A stretch of DNA of 59,838 nucleotides from an uncultured Ruminococcus sp. (GCA_947178195.1 CAMWXM010000001.1:1-59838); one strand, 5' to 3'; shown: positions 27,726 through 38,036, counted from the first letter of the stretch. Notes: generated from the sequence alone by a model not told the origin. Made by a program: numbers and translations.

Positions 27726-29021
27726 ATGGCGCTTAATATAAAAAGACCTAACGGTACGGAAGACGTTACCCCGAAAAACATCTATAAATGGCATACAATT
27801 GAAAAAATTGCAAAGGAAACTGCCGCAGGATACGGATTCAAGGAAATACGTATCCCCACATTCGAAAATACTGAGCTTTTTCAGCGCTCGGTCGGCGAAA
27901 CTACAGACGTTGTACAAAAGGAAATGTATTCTGTAATCGCAAAGGAAACAAAATTCACCCTTAGACCGGAGGGCACTGCTGGAACTATCCGTGCCATGAT
28001 GCAAAACGGCATTCTCAACGAAGCTATGCCGCAAAAGGTATATTACATACTCTCCTGCTTCAGGCATGAACGCCCTCAGGCAGGAAGACTTCGTGAATTT
28101 CATCAGTTCGGAGTTGAAATGGCAGGAAGTCAGCTGCCTTCGGCAGACGCAGATATAATTTTAATGGCTAATGATATTATAAATAATCTTGGCATTAAAA
28201 ATGTCGAATTGAAAATAAATTCTATCGGCTGCCCCAAATGCAGAGCGGAATATCATAAGGCGCTGAAGGCTTTCTTTGAAGATAAAAAAGACAGTCTTTG
28301 TGAAACATGTCATTCAAGGCTTGAAAAGAACCCTATGCGTATTCTTGACTGTAAAAGTCCTGTATGCTCTGAGATAGCACAGTCTGCACCGCTTATTACT
28401 GATTATCTCTGCCCAGAATGCAGGGAACACTTTAAAAAGCTTAAATCATATCTGGATAATCTGGATATAAAATATACTGTCGACCCAAAAATTGTAAGAG
28501 GTCTTGATTATTACACCAAAACCGTTTTTGAATTTGTTTCAACAGATATAGGTGCGCAGGGTACGATATGCGGCGGCGGAAGGTACGACGGACTTATCGG
28601 TCAGCTTGGCGGTCAACAGACCCCTGCTCTTGGATTTGCAATGGGACTTGAACGGCTTATCCTTACAATGGAAAATCAGGGCTGCAGATTTGAAGAAGAC
28701 AAAAACTGCATGCTTTATATTGCGCCTATGGACGAATCGGTAACCTCCTTTGCAATGAAGCTTGCAAAGTCGCTCAGGGACGAAGGCTTCTGGGTGGAAT
28801 ATGACACGGTAGGAAGAGGTCTTAAATCCCAGATGAAATACTCGGACAAGCTGGGAGCTGCCTTTACAATGGTACTCGGCGATAACGAGGTCAATTCCGG
28901 ATCGGCTAAGCTTAAAAATATGAAATCCGGCGAGGAAATCACGATTTCTCTCGACGATACATTTATTCAGAAATTTTCAAATATCGCCGTAAACGAAATG
29001 TTCAGCGAAGTATTTGAATAA
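27726..29021 (+). CDS. hisS: Histidyl-tRNA synthetase
   Basis: TDVVQKEMY, LRPEGTAG, FRHERPQAGRLREFHQFGVE, VRGLDYYT, GGGRYDGL and GFAMGLER. Start at ATG 27726. Confidence 0.97.
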   Translation: MALNIKRPNGTEDVTPKNIYKWHTIEKIAKETAAGYGFKEIRIPTFENTELFQRSVGETTDVVQKEMYSVIAKETKFTLRPEGTAGTIRAMMQNGILNEAMPQKVYYILSCFRHERPQAGRLREFHQFGVEMAGSQLPSADADIILMANDIINNLGIKNVELKINSIGCPKCRAEYHKALKAFFEDKKDSLCETCHSRLEKNPMRILDCKSPVCSEIAQSAPLITDYLCPECREHFKKLKSYLDNLDIKYTVDPKIVRGLDYYTKTVFEFVSTDIGAQGTICGGGRYDGLIGQLGGQQTPALGFAMGLERLILTMENQGCRFEEDKNCMLYIAPMDESVTSFAMKLAKSLRDEGFWVEYDTVGRGLKSQMKYSDKLGAAFTMVLGDNEVNSGSAKLKNMKSGEEITISLDDTFIQKFSNIAVNEMFSEVFE

Positions 29022-29049
29022 AGCGTCCATACGCAGAATGGAGTAAATA

Positions 29050-30834
29050 ATGGCAGATAGTATGAATGGTTTGAAACGCAGCATTTACTGCGGAGAAGTG
29101 TTAAAAGAAGATATGGAGGTTACTGTAGGCGGTTTTGTCCAGAAGATGAGAGACCTGGGAAATCTTATATTTATTGACCTCCGGGATAAAACAGGTATAG
29201 TACAGCTTGCTTTCAACGATGAAACGGATAGAGCCCTTTTTAAAAAGGCTGCGTCATGCAGAAGTGAATTTGTTCTTATGGCTCACGGCAAAACGGCAAT
29301 CCGCTCCAGTATAAACCCCGATATCCCAACGGGAAGGATAGAGATAATTGTCGACGATTTGAGAATACTTGCTAAAGCTCAGACACCACCCTTTGAGGTT
29401 ACCAGTGAAACTAACGTCAACGAGGAACTGCGTCTGAAATTTCGTTATCTTGACCTGAGACGTCCTCCGCTTCAGCGTAATCTTATTATGCGTCATAAAA
29501 TTGCAAAGGCTGCAAGAGAATATTTTTATGCAAATGATTTTATAGAGATCGAAACGCCTATGATGATGAAATCCACACCGGAAGGCGCAAGAGATTACCT
29601 TATTCCATCAAGAGTGCATAACGGAAAATTCTATGCCCTTCCACAGTCTCCCCAGATATATAAGCAGCTGCTTATGATTTCGGGCATGGACAGATATATA
29701 CAGCTTGCAAGATGCTTCCGAGACGAAGATCTCAGAGCTGACCGTCAGCCTGAATTTACTCAGATCGACCTTGAAATGTCCTTTGTGGACGTTGATGATA
29801 TTCTTTCTATTACAGAAGGCTTTATTTCCTATCTGTTTAAAAATGTTCTTGATATTGATATACCGACCCCTTTGCCTCATCTGAGCTACAATGAAGCTAT
29901 GGAGCGCTTTGGCTCGGATAAGCCTGATACAAGATTTGAAATGGAAATAGTTGATTTTTCCGATATGGTCAGCGATTGCGGATTCGGAGTTTTTTCGGAC
30001 GCAGTTAAAAACGGCGGCAGCGTAAGAGCTATCGTTGCGAAAAATTCAGCCTCTGTACTTACAAGAAAAGAAATAGACAAGCTTACCGAGATGGTTCGTG
30101 GTATCGGTGCAAAGGGTATGGCGTATATAAGGTGGGTGGACGAAAAGCCTTCCTGTTCCTTTGCTAAATTTTTCGGTGAAGAAGAGCTGACCGCAATTAT
30201 GAATAAGATCGGCTGTGAAAAGGGTGATACCGCTCTTATTATCGCTGATAAAAATAAGGTTACTCTGCCGGTTCTCGGCGCACTACGTCTGGCTGTAGCA
30301 AAAAAACTTGATATTATTCCGAAAGATAAATTCAATTTCCTCTGGATAACCGATTTTCCATTTTTCGAGTACGATGAGGATAGCAAAGCTTATGTTGCTA
30401 TGCATCATCCCTTTACAATGCCTAACGATGATTGTCTGCAATATCTGGACTCTGCGCCGGAAAAGGTTTATGCCAAAGCCTTTGACCTTGTGCTCAACGG
30501 CATAGAGCTTTCCTCCGGTTCTATCCGTATTACCGACTATGAGCTTCAGCAGAAAATGTTCCAGACCCTTGGACTTTCTGATGAAGAGATCGAAGCTAAA
30601 TTCGGATTTCTTGTTGAAGCGTATAAATACGGTGCACCGCCACACGGTGGACTTGGTATCGGTCTTGACAGACTTGCTATGGTTATGCTGGGTGCAGAAA
30701 GTCTCAGAGATGTTACCGCCTTTCCAAAGGTGCAGAACGCAAGCGAGCTTATGTCAGAATGTCCGGCGTCTATCGACAAGGAAAACCTGGACGTACTTGG
30801 TATCCAAATCGTATCAAAGCCTGATGAAACATAA
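29050..30834 (+). CDS. aspS: Aspartyl-tRNA synthetase
   Basis: RDLGNLIFIDLRD, RLKFRYLDLRR, STPEGARDY, LPQSPQ, CFRDEDLRADRQPEFTQID, HHPFT and PPHGGLGIGLDR. Confidence 0.97.
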   Translation: MADSMNGLKRSIYCGEVLKEDMEVTVGGFVQKMRDLGNLIFIDLRDKTGIVQLAFNDETDRALFKKAASCRSEFVLMAHGKTAIRSSINPDIPTGRIEIIVDDLRILAKAQTPPFEVTSETNVNEELRLKFRYLDLRRPPLQRNLIMRHKIAKAAREYFYANDFIEIETPMMMKSTPEGARDYLIPSRVHNGKFYALPQSPQIYKQLLMISGMDRYIQLARCFRDEDLRADRQPEFTQIDLEMSFVDVDDILSITEGFISYLFKNVLDIDIPTPLPHLSYNEAMERFGSDKPDTRFEMEIVDFSDMVSDCGFGVFSDAVKNGGSVRAIVAKNSASVLTRKEIDKLTEMVRGIGAKGMAYIRWVDEKPSCSFAKFFGEEELTAIMNKIGCEKGDTALIIADKNKVTLPVLGALRLAVAKKLDIIPKDKFNFLWITDFPFFEYDEDSKAYVAMHHPFTMPNDDCLQYLDSAPEKVYAKAFDLVLNGIELSSGSIRITDYELQQKMFQTLGLSDEEIEAKFGFLVEAYKYGAPPHGGLGIGLDRLAMVMLGAESLRDVTAFPKVQNASELMSECPASIDKENLDVLGIQIVSKPDET

Positions 30835-30874
30835 AAATAAGGAGCTTATGCCAATGCATAAGCTCCTTTTATTA
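30834..30874. terminator. Bidirectional intrinsic terminator
   Basis: 13-bp stem AAGGAGCTTATGC-CAAT-GCATAAGCTCCTT with A/T tracts on both sides, between convergent genes. Confidence 0.88.
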
Positions 30875-30901
30875 TTATCTGATCAACTGCGGTATTGGTT
30901 C

Positions 30902-31789
30902 CTAAAACTTTCCTCCGCCTCCGCCGTGAGTTGCCCCGGAAGAGCTTGTATGGGTGCTGCTACCGCCTCCGCCGCTGCTACTACCTCCGCCGCCGCTGCT
31001 GGATTCCTCTCTTCTTCTCCTGGATACGTTTTTATAAAGAAACACCTCGTTTGAACGTGTAAGATTTAATGATCCGGCAACCTCGTAATTAGCCGCACCA
31101 CCCTGAAATCTTACCGATTTAAGCTGCGACTTAAAAACAAGCACTGTGATCAACGCAGCAACAAGACCTATAACAAAGCTGCCTATTATTGCTCCATAAA
31201 GTTGTTCTTTATTTTCTTTTTCAAGTCTTATTCTCTCTTTTTCAGCTTCTTCCTTTGTCAAATATACATTATTTATATCATAAGGCTTTCCTTGTTTTGC
31301 TGCTGTGAGGTAATCCTCAGTAACATTCAAAAACTTCTCAAAGCCCTGACTATATTCGGCACTACTCAAATATGAAACAAATATTTCTCCCGCTTTATCG
31401 ATACCATAATCAGTAAACACAGTAATACCATACCCTCTTGTGGATATCCACCAGTCACGATCCGCCATGCTTATAAGCAAAAGTACCCCGTCTCTTTCAA
31501 CACCTGCTCCATATCCCTCATAGTCATAATAATCATCAGCATATTCCATAGGAGTTTTTCCGCCTATAGTATCAGCAGTTACAATCACTATGTCAAAATC
31601 ATATTTATCTATGAGAGTTTTTATCTGGCTTTCGAGAGATTCTTCTTCACTATCGGTTAAAAGATCAGCATTGTCTACTACTCTTGGCTGAGTTTTATCA
31701 AAAAGTTCTGCCGATACATTTAAAGAAAGAGGGGGCATGAGCAGCAGGAGTATAATACCTACAAATAGAATTTTATTTAAGCTTTTCAT
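30902..31789 (-). CDS. TPM domain (DUF477) membrane protein, YdjH-like
   Basis: Signal peptide, RVVDNADLLT, YADDYYD, DGVLLLISMADR, a single C-terminal TM and a Gly/Ser tail ending HGGGGGKF. Confidence 0.85.
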   Translation of the reverse strand: MKSLNKILFVGIILLLLMPPLSLNVSAELFDKTQPRVVDNADLLTDSEEESLESQIKTLIDKYDFDIVIVTADTIGGKTPMEYADDYYDYEGYGAGVERDGVLLLISMADRDWWISTRGYGITVFTDYGIDKAGEIFVSYLSSAEYSQGFEKFLNVTEDYLTAAKQGKPYDINNVYLTKEEAEKERIRLEKENKEQLYGAIIGSFVIGLVAALITVLVFKSQLKSVRFQGGAANYEVAGSLNLTRSNEVFLYKNVSRRRREESSSGGGGSSSGGGGSSTHTSSSGATHGGGGGKF

Positions 31790-31804
31790 ATTTTCCTCCC
31801 TGAC

Positions 31805-32899
31805 TTATAACCACAATAACACTATTAAAGCTATTATAACTGAAAGCCCAATACCCACTGAAGCAAAAATTCCCAAAAACCATTTCCAGAACAAACCTTT
31901 ATCCATCGGCAGATTACCAATAAACTTCCCTGTCTGACCATTCATGGCAAACATAAATTTCTGGTCTTTCCATGTAGTGTTTAAAATCCACACAGGTAAA
32001 AGAGCGTATCTGCAAGAATTGTTTAAGAAATTGACATTAGAGCTTTCTGTTGTTACGGTTGCATATCCATGAACTGTTTTTCTGAATGCATCAATAGTGC
32101 TATTTTTGATTCTGTTATTTGCTCTTCCAATACTGCTTTTCTGATCCACATCGTATTTATCGGCAAGATAACCCGAAAGATAACCAGTGTTAAAATCCTT
32201 CATATCCTTATAATTAAAAGGTTCTATGGATTCCATCATGTCGTCCGGCATTTTTTTCGATCCGTCCACAGGAACGTTTTCAAATCTCAGTCTGCCCTCA
32301 CGGTAAATGTTATAATGGGAGGTTTCTGTGTAATCATAGTTTCTGTCGCTCCATCTTCTGACTTTCGTACCATGAAAGATATGCTTTGAATCAGTATCGC
32401 TGCTGAAAAGCCAAAACGGAACGTAAAGTCCCTTTATTTCATCGATATGGTTTTCGTCCTTAAACAACTTAGGCAAAAGCTTTTTGCCCTTTAAATGATT
32501 GAACATCGCTTCCTTAGCAGCCTTTTTATCAAGCTTAAACGGAATAACATAATCCGGACGCAGATCGCCAGAAAAGCTGGATTTTAAAATAACCGGACTA
32601 TCACAGTATGGACAAGCAGTAGCGCCTGTGATTTCCTCCGCAATAAGCTCACCGCCGCAGGAGTTACAGACATAAACATTCATGCCGTTTAAATCTTCCG
32701 TACTCCACATATTATCCGTCTTGTCTTCCCATTCATGGCGTTCGGGACGATTTAATTTTTCATTTTCAACCTGGGACTTTTTCAGCTCCTCAACGTCAAA
32801 TTCAGCATCGCAGTATGGGCATACCATTTTCTGCTGACCGCTGTCAAAGCTTACTGCGCCTCCGCAGCAGGGACATTTATATTCAAGTAAAGTTGCCAT
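31805..32899 (-). CDS. Double zinc-ribbon membrane protein, YdjG-like
   Basis: CPCCGG..CPYC and CNSCGG..CPYC, VIPFKL, YVPFW, LLPVW, NGQTGK and a C-terminal TM. Confidence 0.85.
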   Translation of the reverse strand: MATLLEYKCPCCGGAVSFDSGQQKMVCPYCDAEFDVEELKKSQVENEKLNRPERHEWEDKTDNMWSTEDLNGMNVYVCNSCGGELIAEEITGATACPYCDSPVILKSSFSGDLRPDYVIPFKLDKKAAKEAMFNHLKGKKLLPKLFKDENHIDEIKGLYVPFWLFSSDTDSKHIFHGTKVRRWSDRNYDYTETSHYNIYREGRLRFENVPVDGSKKMPDDMMESIEPFNYKDMKDFNTGYLSGYLADKYDVDQKSSIGRANNRIKNSTIDAFRKTVHGYATVTTESSNVNFLNNSCRYALLPVWILNTTWKDQKFMFAMNGQTGKFIGNLPMDKGLFWKWFLGIFASVGIGLSVIIALIVLLWL

Positions 32900-32919
32900 A
32901 AATTATTTCTCCATATATA

Positions 32920-34188
32920 TTAATTTGGTCTTGGCTTTCCACATTCATTACAGAATTTTCCCGTATTTACAGTACCGCAGGAACAGATCCAATCGGCTGA
33001 AGGCTTGGGTTTACCGCACTCAGCACAGAATTTTCCAGTATTTGTCGTTCCGCATTCACATGTCCACGAGCCCTGGGGCGCAGGCTTCGGCTTACCGCAC
33101 TCATTACAGAATTTACCCGTATTTGAAGCTCCGCAGGAACAAGTCCAACCATTAGCGTTCTGAGCTGCCTGAGCCTGCTGCTGCTGACCCATAGCAAACA
33201 GATTCTGAGCGTTAAGTCCACCTGCGTTTGCAGCCATATTCATGCCCATAAATCCTGCCATAGCTCCACCTGAGTTTCCTGCCGCAGTTTTCATAGCTTC
33301 CGATTGAGCATTTACCATAGCCGCACCTGCCATATTTGGATTACGATAAACAGCCGTTCTCTGAAGGTCTTTTATCATATCCTCATCCTCTTTTGAGGCA
33401 GTTATGGAATTTATAGCAATAGATACTATGGAAAGACCTCTCTGCTCCTTCCATTTTGAACTAAGAGTTTCGTTCATTGCATCTGAAAATTCCAGTGTAT
33501 GACCCGGCAGAGCGCTGTATCTTACGCCCATTGCCGAAAGCTTTGCAAAAGCCGGCTGAAGTGCGCTTAAAAACTCCGATTTAAGCTGTCTGTCCAGATT
33601 ATCTCTTGTGTATGCGCTGGAAACGTTTCCGCAAACGTTTGTATAAAAAAGCAACGGGTCTGCGATTTTATAAGAGAATACACCATTGCATCTCACAGAA
33701 ATATCAATATCCAGACCAATATTCTGGTCTACCACTCTGAACGGCACAGGAGTAGGAGTACCGAATTTATTGTCTACCAGTTCTTTTGTATTAAAATAAT
33801 ACACTCTCTGGTCGTTAGCTGCAACGCCACCGTGAGCAATTCTTTTGCCTATAGTCTTAAAAGTTTCCATTATGCTTGAGCCTAAGCTGCCTGAAAAAAG
33901 GCTTGGCTCTGTGGACATATCGTATGTATATTCTCCCGGCTCAGCGCATATTTCAACGATTTTTCCCTGGTCAACGATAATCATGCACTGTCCATCCGCA
34001 ACAACGATACCGCTTCCGTTTGTGATAATGTTATCGCTGCCCTTTGTGTTTGAAGAACGCTTGCTTGTATTTTTAACACCCTTTACCGCCAGCACGTCGG
34101 CAGGCATAGAATTACATGTAATATATTCCTTCCAGGTGTCCGCAAGAGTACCTCCCACAGAACCGATAACCGCTTTGATCAAACCCAT
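32920..34188 (-). CDS. SPFH/Band-7 domain protein with C-terminal zinc ribbons, YdjI-like
   Basis: MGLIKA...LADTWKEY, IITNGS.I.V, QRVYYFN, KFGT and an Ala/Met/Gln-rich linker, followed by three W.C.CG..NTGKFC.ECGKP repeats. Confidence 0.88.
   Translation of the reverse strand: MGLIKAVIGSVGGTLADTWKEYITCNSMPADVLAVKGVKNTSKRSSNTKGSDNIITNGSGIVVADGQCMIIVDQGKIVEICAEPGEYTYDMSTEPSLFSGSLGSSIMETFKTIGKRIAHGGVAANDQRVYYFNTKELVDNKFGTPTPVPFRVVDQNIGLDIDISVRCNGVFSYKIADPLLFYTNVCGNVSSAYTRDNLDRQLKSEFLSALQPAFAKLSAMGVRYSALPGHTLEFSDAMNETLSSKWKEQRGLSIVSIAINSITASKEDEDMIKDLQRTAVYRNPNMAGAAMVNAQSEAMKTAAGNSGGAMAGFMGMNMAANAGGLNAQNLFAMGQQQQAQAAQNANGWTCSCGASNTGKFCNECGKPKPAPQGSWTCECGTTNTGKFCAECGKPKPSADWICSCGTVNTGKFCNECGKPRPN
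32926..33147 (-). repeat. Three tandem zinc-ribbon coding repeats
   Basis: WTCSCGASNTGKFCNECGKPKP / WTCECGTTNTGKFCAECGKPKP / WICSCGTVNTGKFCNECGKPRP; similarity is also visible in the DNA. Confidence 0.85.
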
Positions 34189-34207
34189 AATACTACTCCT
34201 TCTAATT

Positions 34208-34879
34208 TTAATTTATAAAATTCTTTTCATAAACCGACATGTCATCTGCCGTATTGCCTGACGATGCTATTATTCCCAGCATATAATTGCCAATTTTTCT
34301 TACATAATAAACCTGATTCACTTCTACACCCATTTCATCATATGACATATGAATATCTTTTTTTATGTAATCTTCTCCGTTAATGGTAACATTTTCTCTG
34401 TCGCTGTTACTGGTAACAGTCACATTTGCCATAGTATCAAACTGTTGTTCAACAGAGTCTAAATAATCATCAACTGTAAATGAATCCGGATTCGGAACTT
34501 CCTTTGCAACATTTTCATACATGATTATAATGTTCTTACCGGTGGACTCCTCCATACACATTGCGTCATAAATTGAAGCCTGTTCGAGCATGGCTTTTGT
34601 CAAGTCGTCATCTTTGTCTATTACATCAAGACCTATACCCATCATACTTGCTATGTATTCATCATTTGCAAATTCCCAGCCCTCAGGAGCAGTGAATTTC
34701 AAATTGGCAAAATCACTTGTATAAACATTGTTTTCTATCGTACCTCTTTCAAATTCCGTTTTGCTGGTCGACTGTGAAGCAGACGCTGATTTTTTATCGG
34801 AATCTCCATTGTCGCTTCCACAACCTGCAAACACACTGACACTCATAAGAATTGATAACATTAATGCAATTTTTTTCAT
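34208..34879 (-). CDS. Hypothetical lipoprotein
   Basis: MKK plus a hydrophobic stretch and lipobox VFAG-C; AAGGAG RBS. Confidence 0.8.
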   Translation of the reverse strand: MKKIALMLSILMSVSVFAGCGSDNGDSDKKSASASQSTSKTEFERGTIENNVYTSDFANLKFTAPEGWEFANDEYIASMMGIGLDVIDKDDDLTKAMLEQASIYDAMCMEESTGKNIIIMYENVAKEVPNPDSFTVDDYLDSVEQQFDTMANVTVTSNSDRENVTINGEDYIKKDIHMSYDEMGVEVNQVYYVRKIGNYMLGIIASSGNTADDMSVYEKNFIN

Positions 34880-34922
34880 ACTCTTCTCCTTAAAAATAAA
34901 TTTTTTTAATATAATTTGATGC

Positions 34923-36035
34923 TTACTTTAACGTCCAGCCCACATAATTGGCTGTACCTGCGTTTATCATATCCGCATAATCAATTTCGGGAATATAAAA
35001 ACCGATATAAAGAGTATCGTTTCCCATATCCCTTGTGCTTCCGTCCTGAACAAGCTTTTCATTATGCAGGATAACGGTATAATAACTGTCCTTACATATT
35101 TGATATATATCTCCCGTATCATAATAATTTTCGGGATATAAATAATCTGCCGAAGTCGGTCCGCCAAGCTTATAGCCGTTCATATTAGCTGTCAGAGCCT
35201 GTTCCTGCTCTTCCTTTGTAAGACCGTAATCCTTCATGGAATCCGCCTTGTCTATCGCCTCCTGACCATGATATACCTCGTATTTGCCTGTGCAGTAAGC
35301 TCCCTCATGGTCGTCCTTTGACTGATAGTAAATAAACTCTCCATTTTCCTTTAGGCATAGCTCCGAATCGTCGTTTGCAATAAACGTCTTACCGGATATA
35401 TAATCCTCATTGGCAATATTTATTTTCGCCGTATTGGTAATTTCACGAATATCCATAAGAAGATCGTTTTTGTCAAGGACCTGAGAAGCAAAGGTAACAA
35501 CAGTATTTTTCTGAGGAACAATAAGAACGTCTATTGTATAAATCACTCCGTCCCTGCTCATTTCAATACGTCCAATTTTAGAGGTTATGCCATCGACAGT
35601 GGTAAAATCAGATACTGTCTTATCTGAGCTTATAATTTCATACTCGTCTTTATAGCCCGATAAGAGCTCTTCATAAAACTCCTGAGGCGTATAGCTTCCA
35701 AGCTGTGAAACGCCTTGCAAGCAATAGAAGGATTTTTTATCCGGTGCAGCAAAAGCGCCCTCCTGCCCTGAATATTTTTCCCAGCTTTCGTCTGTTAAAA
35801 ATGAAATATTGTCTATTTCGCATTCCCGTGTAAGAATCGGTTTTGCCGTATTTTTATTTTCATTATTTTCAGCCGTCACACTTTCTTCCGACGGCTCAGC
35901 CTGTTTTTCAACGGGTACAGTTTCAGTTACTATCTCATTTACGGATCTGCTGTTTTTATTCTCATCTTTGTCTCCGCAGCCAGTTGTAATGATCATAGCT
36001 GAAAGAGCCGCTATAATAATAAATGATTTTTTCAT
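34923..36035 (-). CDS. Hypothetical lipoprotein
   Basis: MKK plus a hydrophobic stretch and lipobox ITTG-C, then an E/N/T-rich linker; AGGGGG RBS. Confidence 0.8.
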   Translation of the reverse strand: MKKSFIIIAALSAMIITTGCGDKDENKNSRSVNEIVTETVPVEKQAEPSEESVTAENNENKNTAKPILTRECEIDNISFLTDESWEKYSGQEGAFAAPDKKSFYCLQGVSQLGSYTPQEFYEELLSGYKDEYEIISSDKTVSDFTTVDGITSKIGRIEMSRDGVIYTIDVLIVPQKNTVVTFASQVLDKNDLLMDIREITNTAKINIANEDYISGKTFIANDDSELCLKENGEFIYYQSKDDHEGAYCTGKYEVYHGQEAIDKADSMKDYGLTKEEQEQALTANMNGYKLGGPTSADYLYPENYYDTGDIYQICKDSYYTVILHNEKLVQDGSTRDMGNDTLYIGFYIPEIDYADMINAGTANYVGWTLK

Positions 36036-36054
36036 TGTTTTCCCCCTGCTGTAT

Positions 36055-37089
36055 TCATCTAAACATTAATTTTGACGGACAATTTACAAAAGCGTACCAT
36101 ATAAAATCACACAGCTTTTTATACTCACGCAAGACCATGGACGCTTCCGAGCCAAGCCAGAATTTATATTTTTTCATATCAGTCTTAATTATCATATAAC
36201 GCTGAACATGATAAACAGAATTGCTTTTACGGTCGGCAGATGTGAGTGTAATTTTTTCAATGTCAGAAATATTGAAATGATATTCGCCTATTAATAAATG
36301 TTCGCCTCTGTATGCTATAAATTCAGGACATTTTTTTGAGTTTTTTAATGTTCTGACAATTTCAAATGGAAGTCCCATAATACATAATGTAACAGCAATA
36401 AGGATTGCCCAGAGCTTTGTTTTAGTTGATATATCGTTCCCTGCAAGCATTATGGCTATCATAAAAAATGCAGCTAAGCCTATAAAAATCAGACAATGAA
36501 ATCTGACGATTTTCCATTCAAAGCTGATTATTTCTTCAGGAGATAAATCAAATCTCTGCTCATTTTTCCATGACTCACGGATTATATCTTCTTTTATTTC
36601 ACTGTCAAGGGATTCTGTTTCTATTCTGTTGATTTCGTCAACCATATTGTAAAGGCCGTTAGCTGAAAATTCATAAAGCCTTATTCTGACCACATTTTCA
36701 TCATTGTCCTTTGCAATCAGATATCTTTTAATTTCCACAAATGCTTTGGCTGAGCCATTATATTTTTTATATTCAGTTTTTTCTATAAAAATGTATCTGT
36801 AAAGCTCAAATACTCTTTTTTTAAAGCCTTGTTTTACAACGACCTCGTTTTCGGAAACCTCAACCATTGTAAATCTGAAAATGCTTACAACAATTGACGC
36901 TATAAGACCAACAGCCAGACATGCTATCATTGCTGTTGTCTCAAATAAAAACAGCGGAATATTATAGAATACTGTATCGACAAGATCATACAAAAGCATT
37001 AAAGCAAATTCAATAACAATCGCCCTTATCAGACAACTTGAAATGACCTTCCCCATATTTGAACGGAATATTTTTTTATCGCTTTCCAT
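36055..37089 (-). CDS. Hypothetical membrane protein with a duplicated (2TM + soluble beta domain) architecture
   Basis: Two pairs of hydrophobic helices, each followed by a ~90-aa domain containing a similar segment (IKRYLIAKD and VQRYMIIKT). Confidence 0.7.
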   Translation of the reverse strand: MESDKKIFRSNMGKVISSCLIRAIVIEFALMLLYDLVDTVFYNIPLFLFETTAMIACLAVGLIASIVVSIFRFTMVEVSENEVVVKQGFKKRVFELYRYIFIEKTEYKKYNGSAKAFVEIKRYLIAKDNDENVVRIRLYEFSANGLYNMVDEINRIETESLDSEIKEDIIRESWKNEQRFDLSPEEIISFEWKIVRFHCLIFIGLAAFFMIAIMLAGNDISTKTKLWAILIAVTLCIMGLPFEIVRTLKNSKKCPEFIAYRGEHLLIGEYHFNISDIEKITLTSADRKSNSVYHVQRYMIIKTDMKKYKFWLGSEASMVLREYKKLCDFIWYAFVNCPSKLMFR

Positions 37090-37090
37090 T

Positions 37091-38032
37091 TTATTTCAAC
37101 GCTTTTTTAACTTTTTCAACAATATTTTCACTGCAAAGCCCAAATTTTTTAAGCAGCTCCGCTCCCGGACCTGAATAGCCGTATTCATCGTTTACGCCAA
37201 TTTTTATTACCGGTACTGGACGGCATTCTGTCACAGCCTCCGCAACAGCCGAGCCAAGTCCGCCAATAACACTGTGTTCTTCAACAGTCACCAGCATTCC
37301 TGTTTTTTCAGCCGCCTTACAGATCAGTTCCTTATCAAGAGGTTTTATTGTGTGAATATTAATAACACCTGCGTTAATGCCCTCTTTTTTAAGCTCATCA
37401 GAAGCTTTTAAAGCCTCCCATACCATAAGACCTGTTGCTATAATAGTAATATCACCGCCATCTCTGAGGGTGATGCCCTTGCCTATTTCAAATTTATAGT
37501 CCTCATTATTATTGAATACAGGTGTTGCCAGTCTGCCGAAACGCATATAAACAGGACCGTTTAATTTGATCGCTGCTTTTACTGCCGCTTTGGCTTCAAT
37601 ATCGTCGGCAGGATTAATAACCGTCATACCCGGAATAGTCCTCATAAGTGCAATATCCTCGCAGCACTGATGAGTTGCGCCGTCCTCTCCTACTGAAACT
37701 CCAGCATGAGTTGCGCCGATCTTCACATTAAGTCCCGGATAGCCGATAGAATTTCTTACAATTTCATATGCCCTTCCTGCTGCAAACATAGCAAAGCTGC
37801 TTGCGAAAGGAATTTTACCACATGCCGCCAGACCTGCCGCTACTCCCATCATATTTGCTTCCGCAATACCGCAGTCAAAAAATCTTTCAGGATAAGCCTT
37901 TTTAAATATACCCGTTTTGGTAGCCGCCGCTAAATCAGCGTCTAAAACTATAATATCAGGATTTTCTGCGGCAAGCTCTGTAATAATATTGCCGTAGCTT
38001 TCTCTTGTTGCAATTTTTACCGTATCCGACAT
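37091..38032 (-). CDS. Transketolase, C-terminal (pyrimidine-binding) subunit
   Basis: ATRESYG, DADL, GIAEANM, GEDGATHQ, GPVYMR, TIKPLD and EEHSVIGGLG. Start at ATG 38032. Confidence 0.93.
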   Translation of the reverse strand: MSDTVKIATRESYGNIITELAAENPDIIVLDADLAAATKTGIFKKAYPERFFDCGIAEANMMGVAAGLAACGKIPFASSFAMFAAGRAYEIVRNSIGYPGLNVKIGATHAGVSVGEDGATHQCCEDIALMRTIPGMTVINPADDIEAKAAVKAAIKLNGPVYMRFGRLATPVFNNNEDYKFEIGKGITLRDGGDITIIATGLMVWEALKASDELKKEGINAGVINIHTIKPLDKELICKAAEKTGMLVTVEEHSVIGGLGSAVAEAVTECRPVPVIKIGVNDEYGYSGPGAELLKKFGLCSENIVEKVKKALK

Positions 38033-38036
38033 TTTC

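Noticed and set aside
30905-31005. CCGCCTCCGCCG-type repeats
   Set aside because: They encode the Gly/Ser tail typical of TPM proteins; not a CRISPR array or independent repeat.
32920-34188. Viral origin of the SPFH gene (family often labelled virion core protein)
   Set aside because: That label is a common annotation carry-over; no phage genes are nearby and the context matches ydjGHI.
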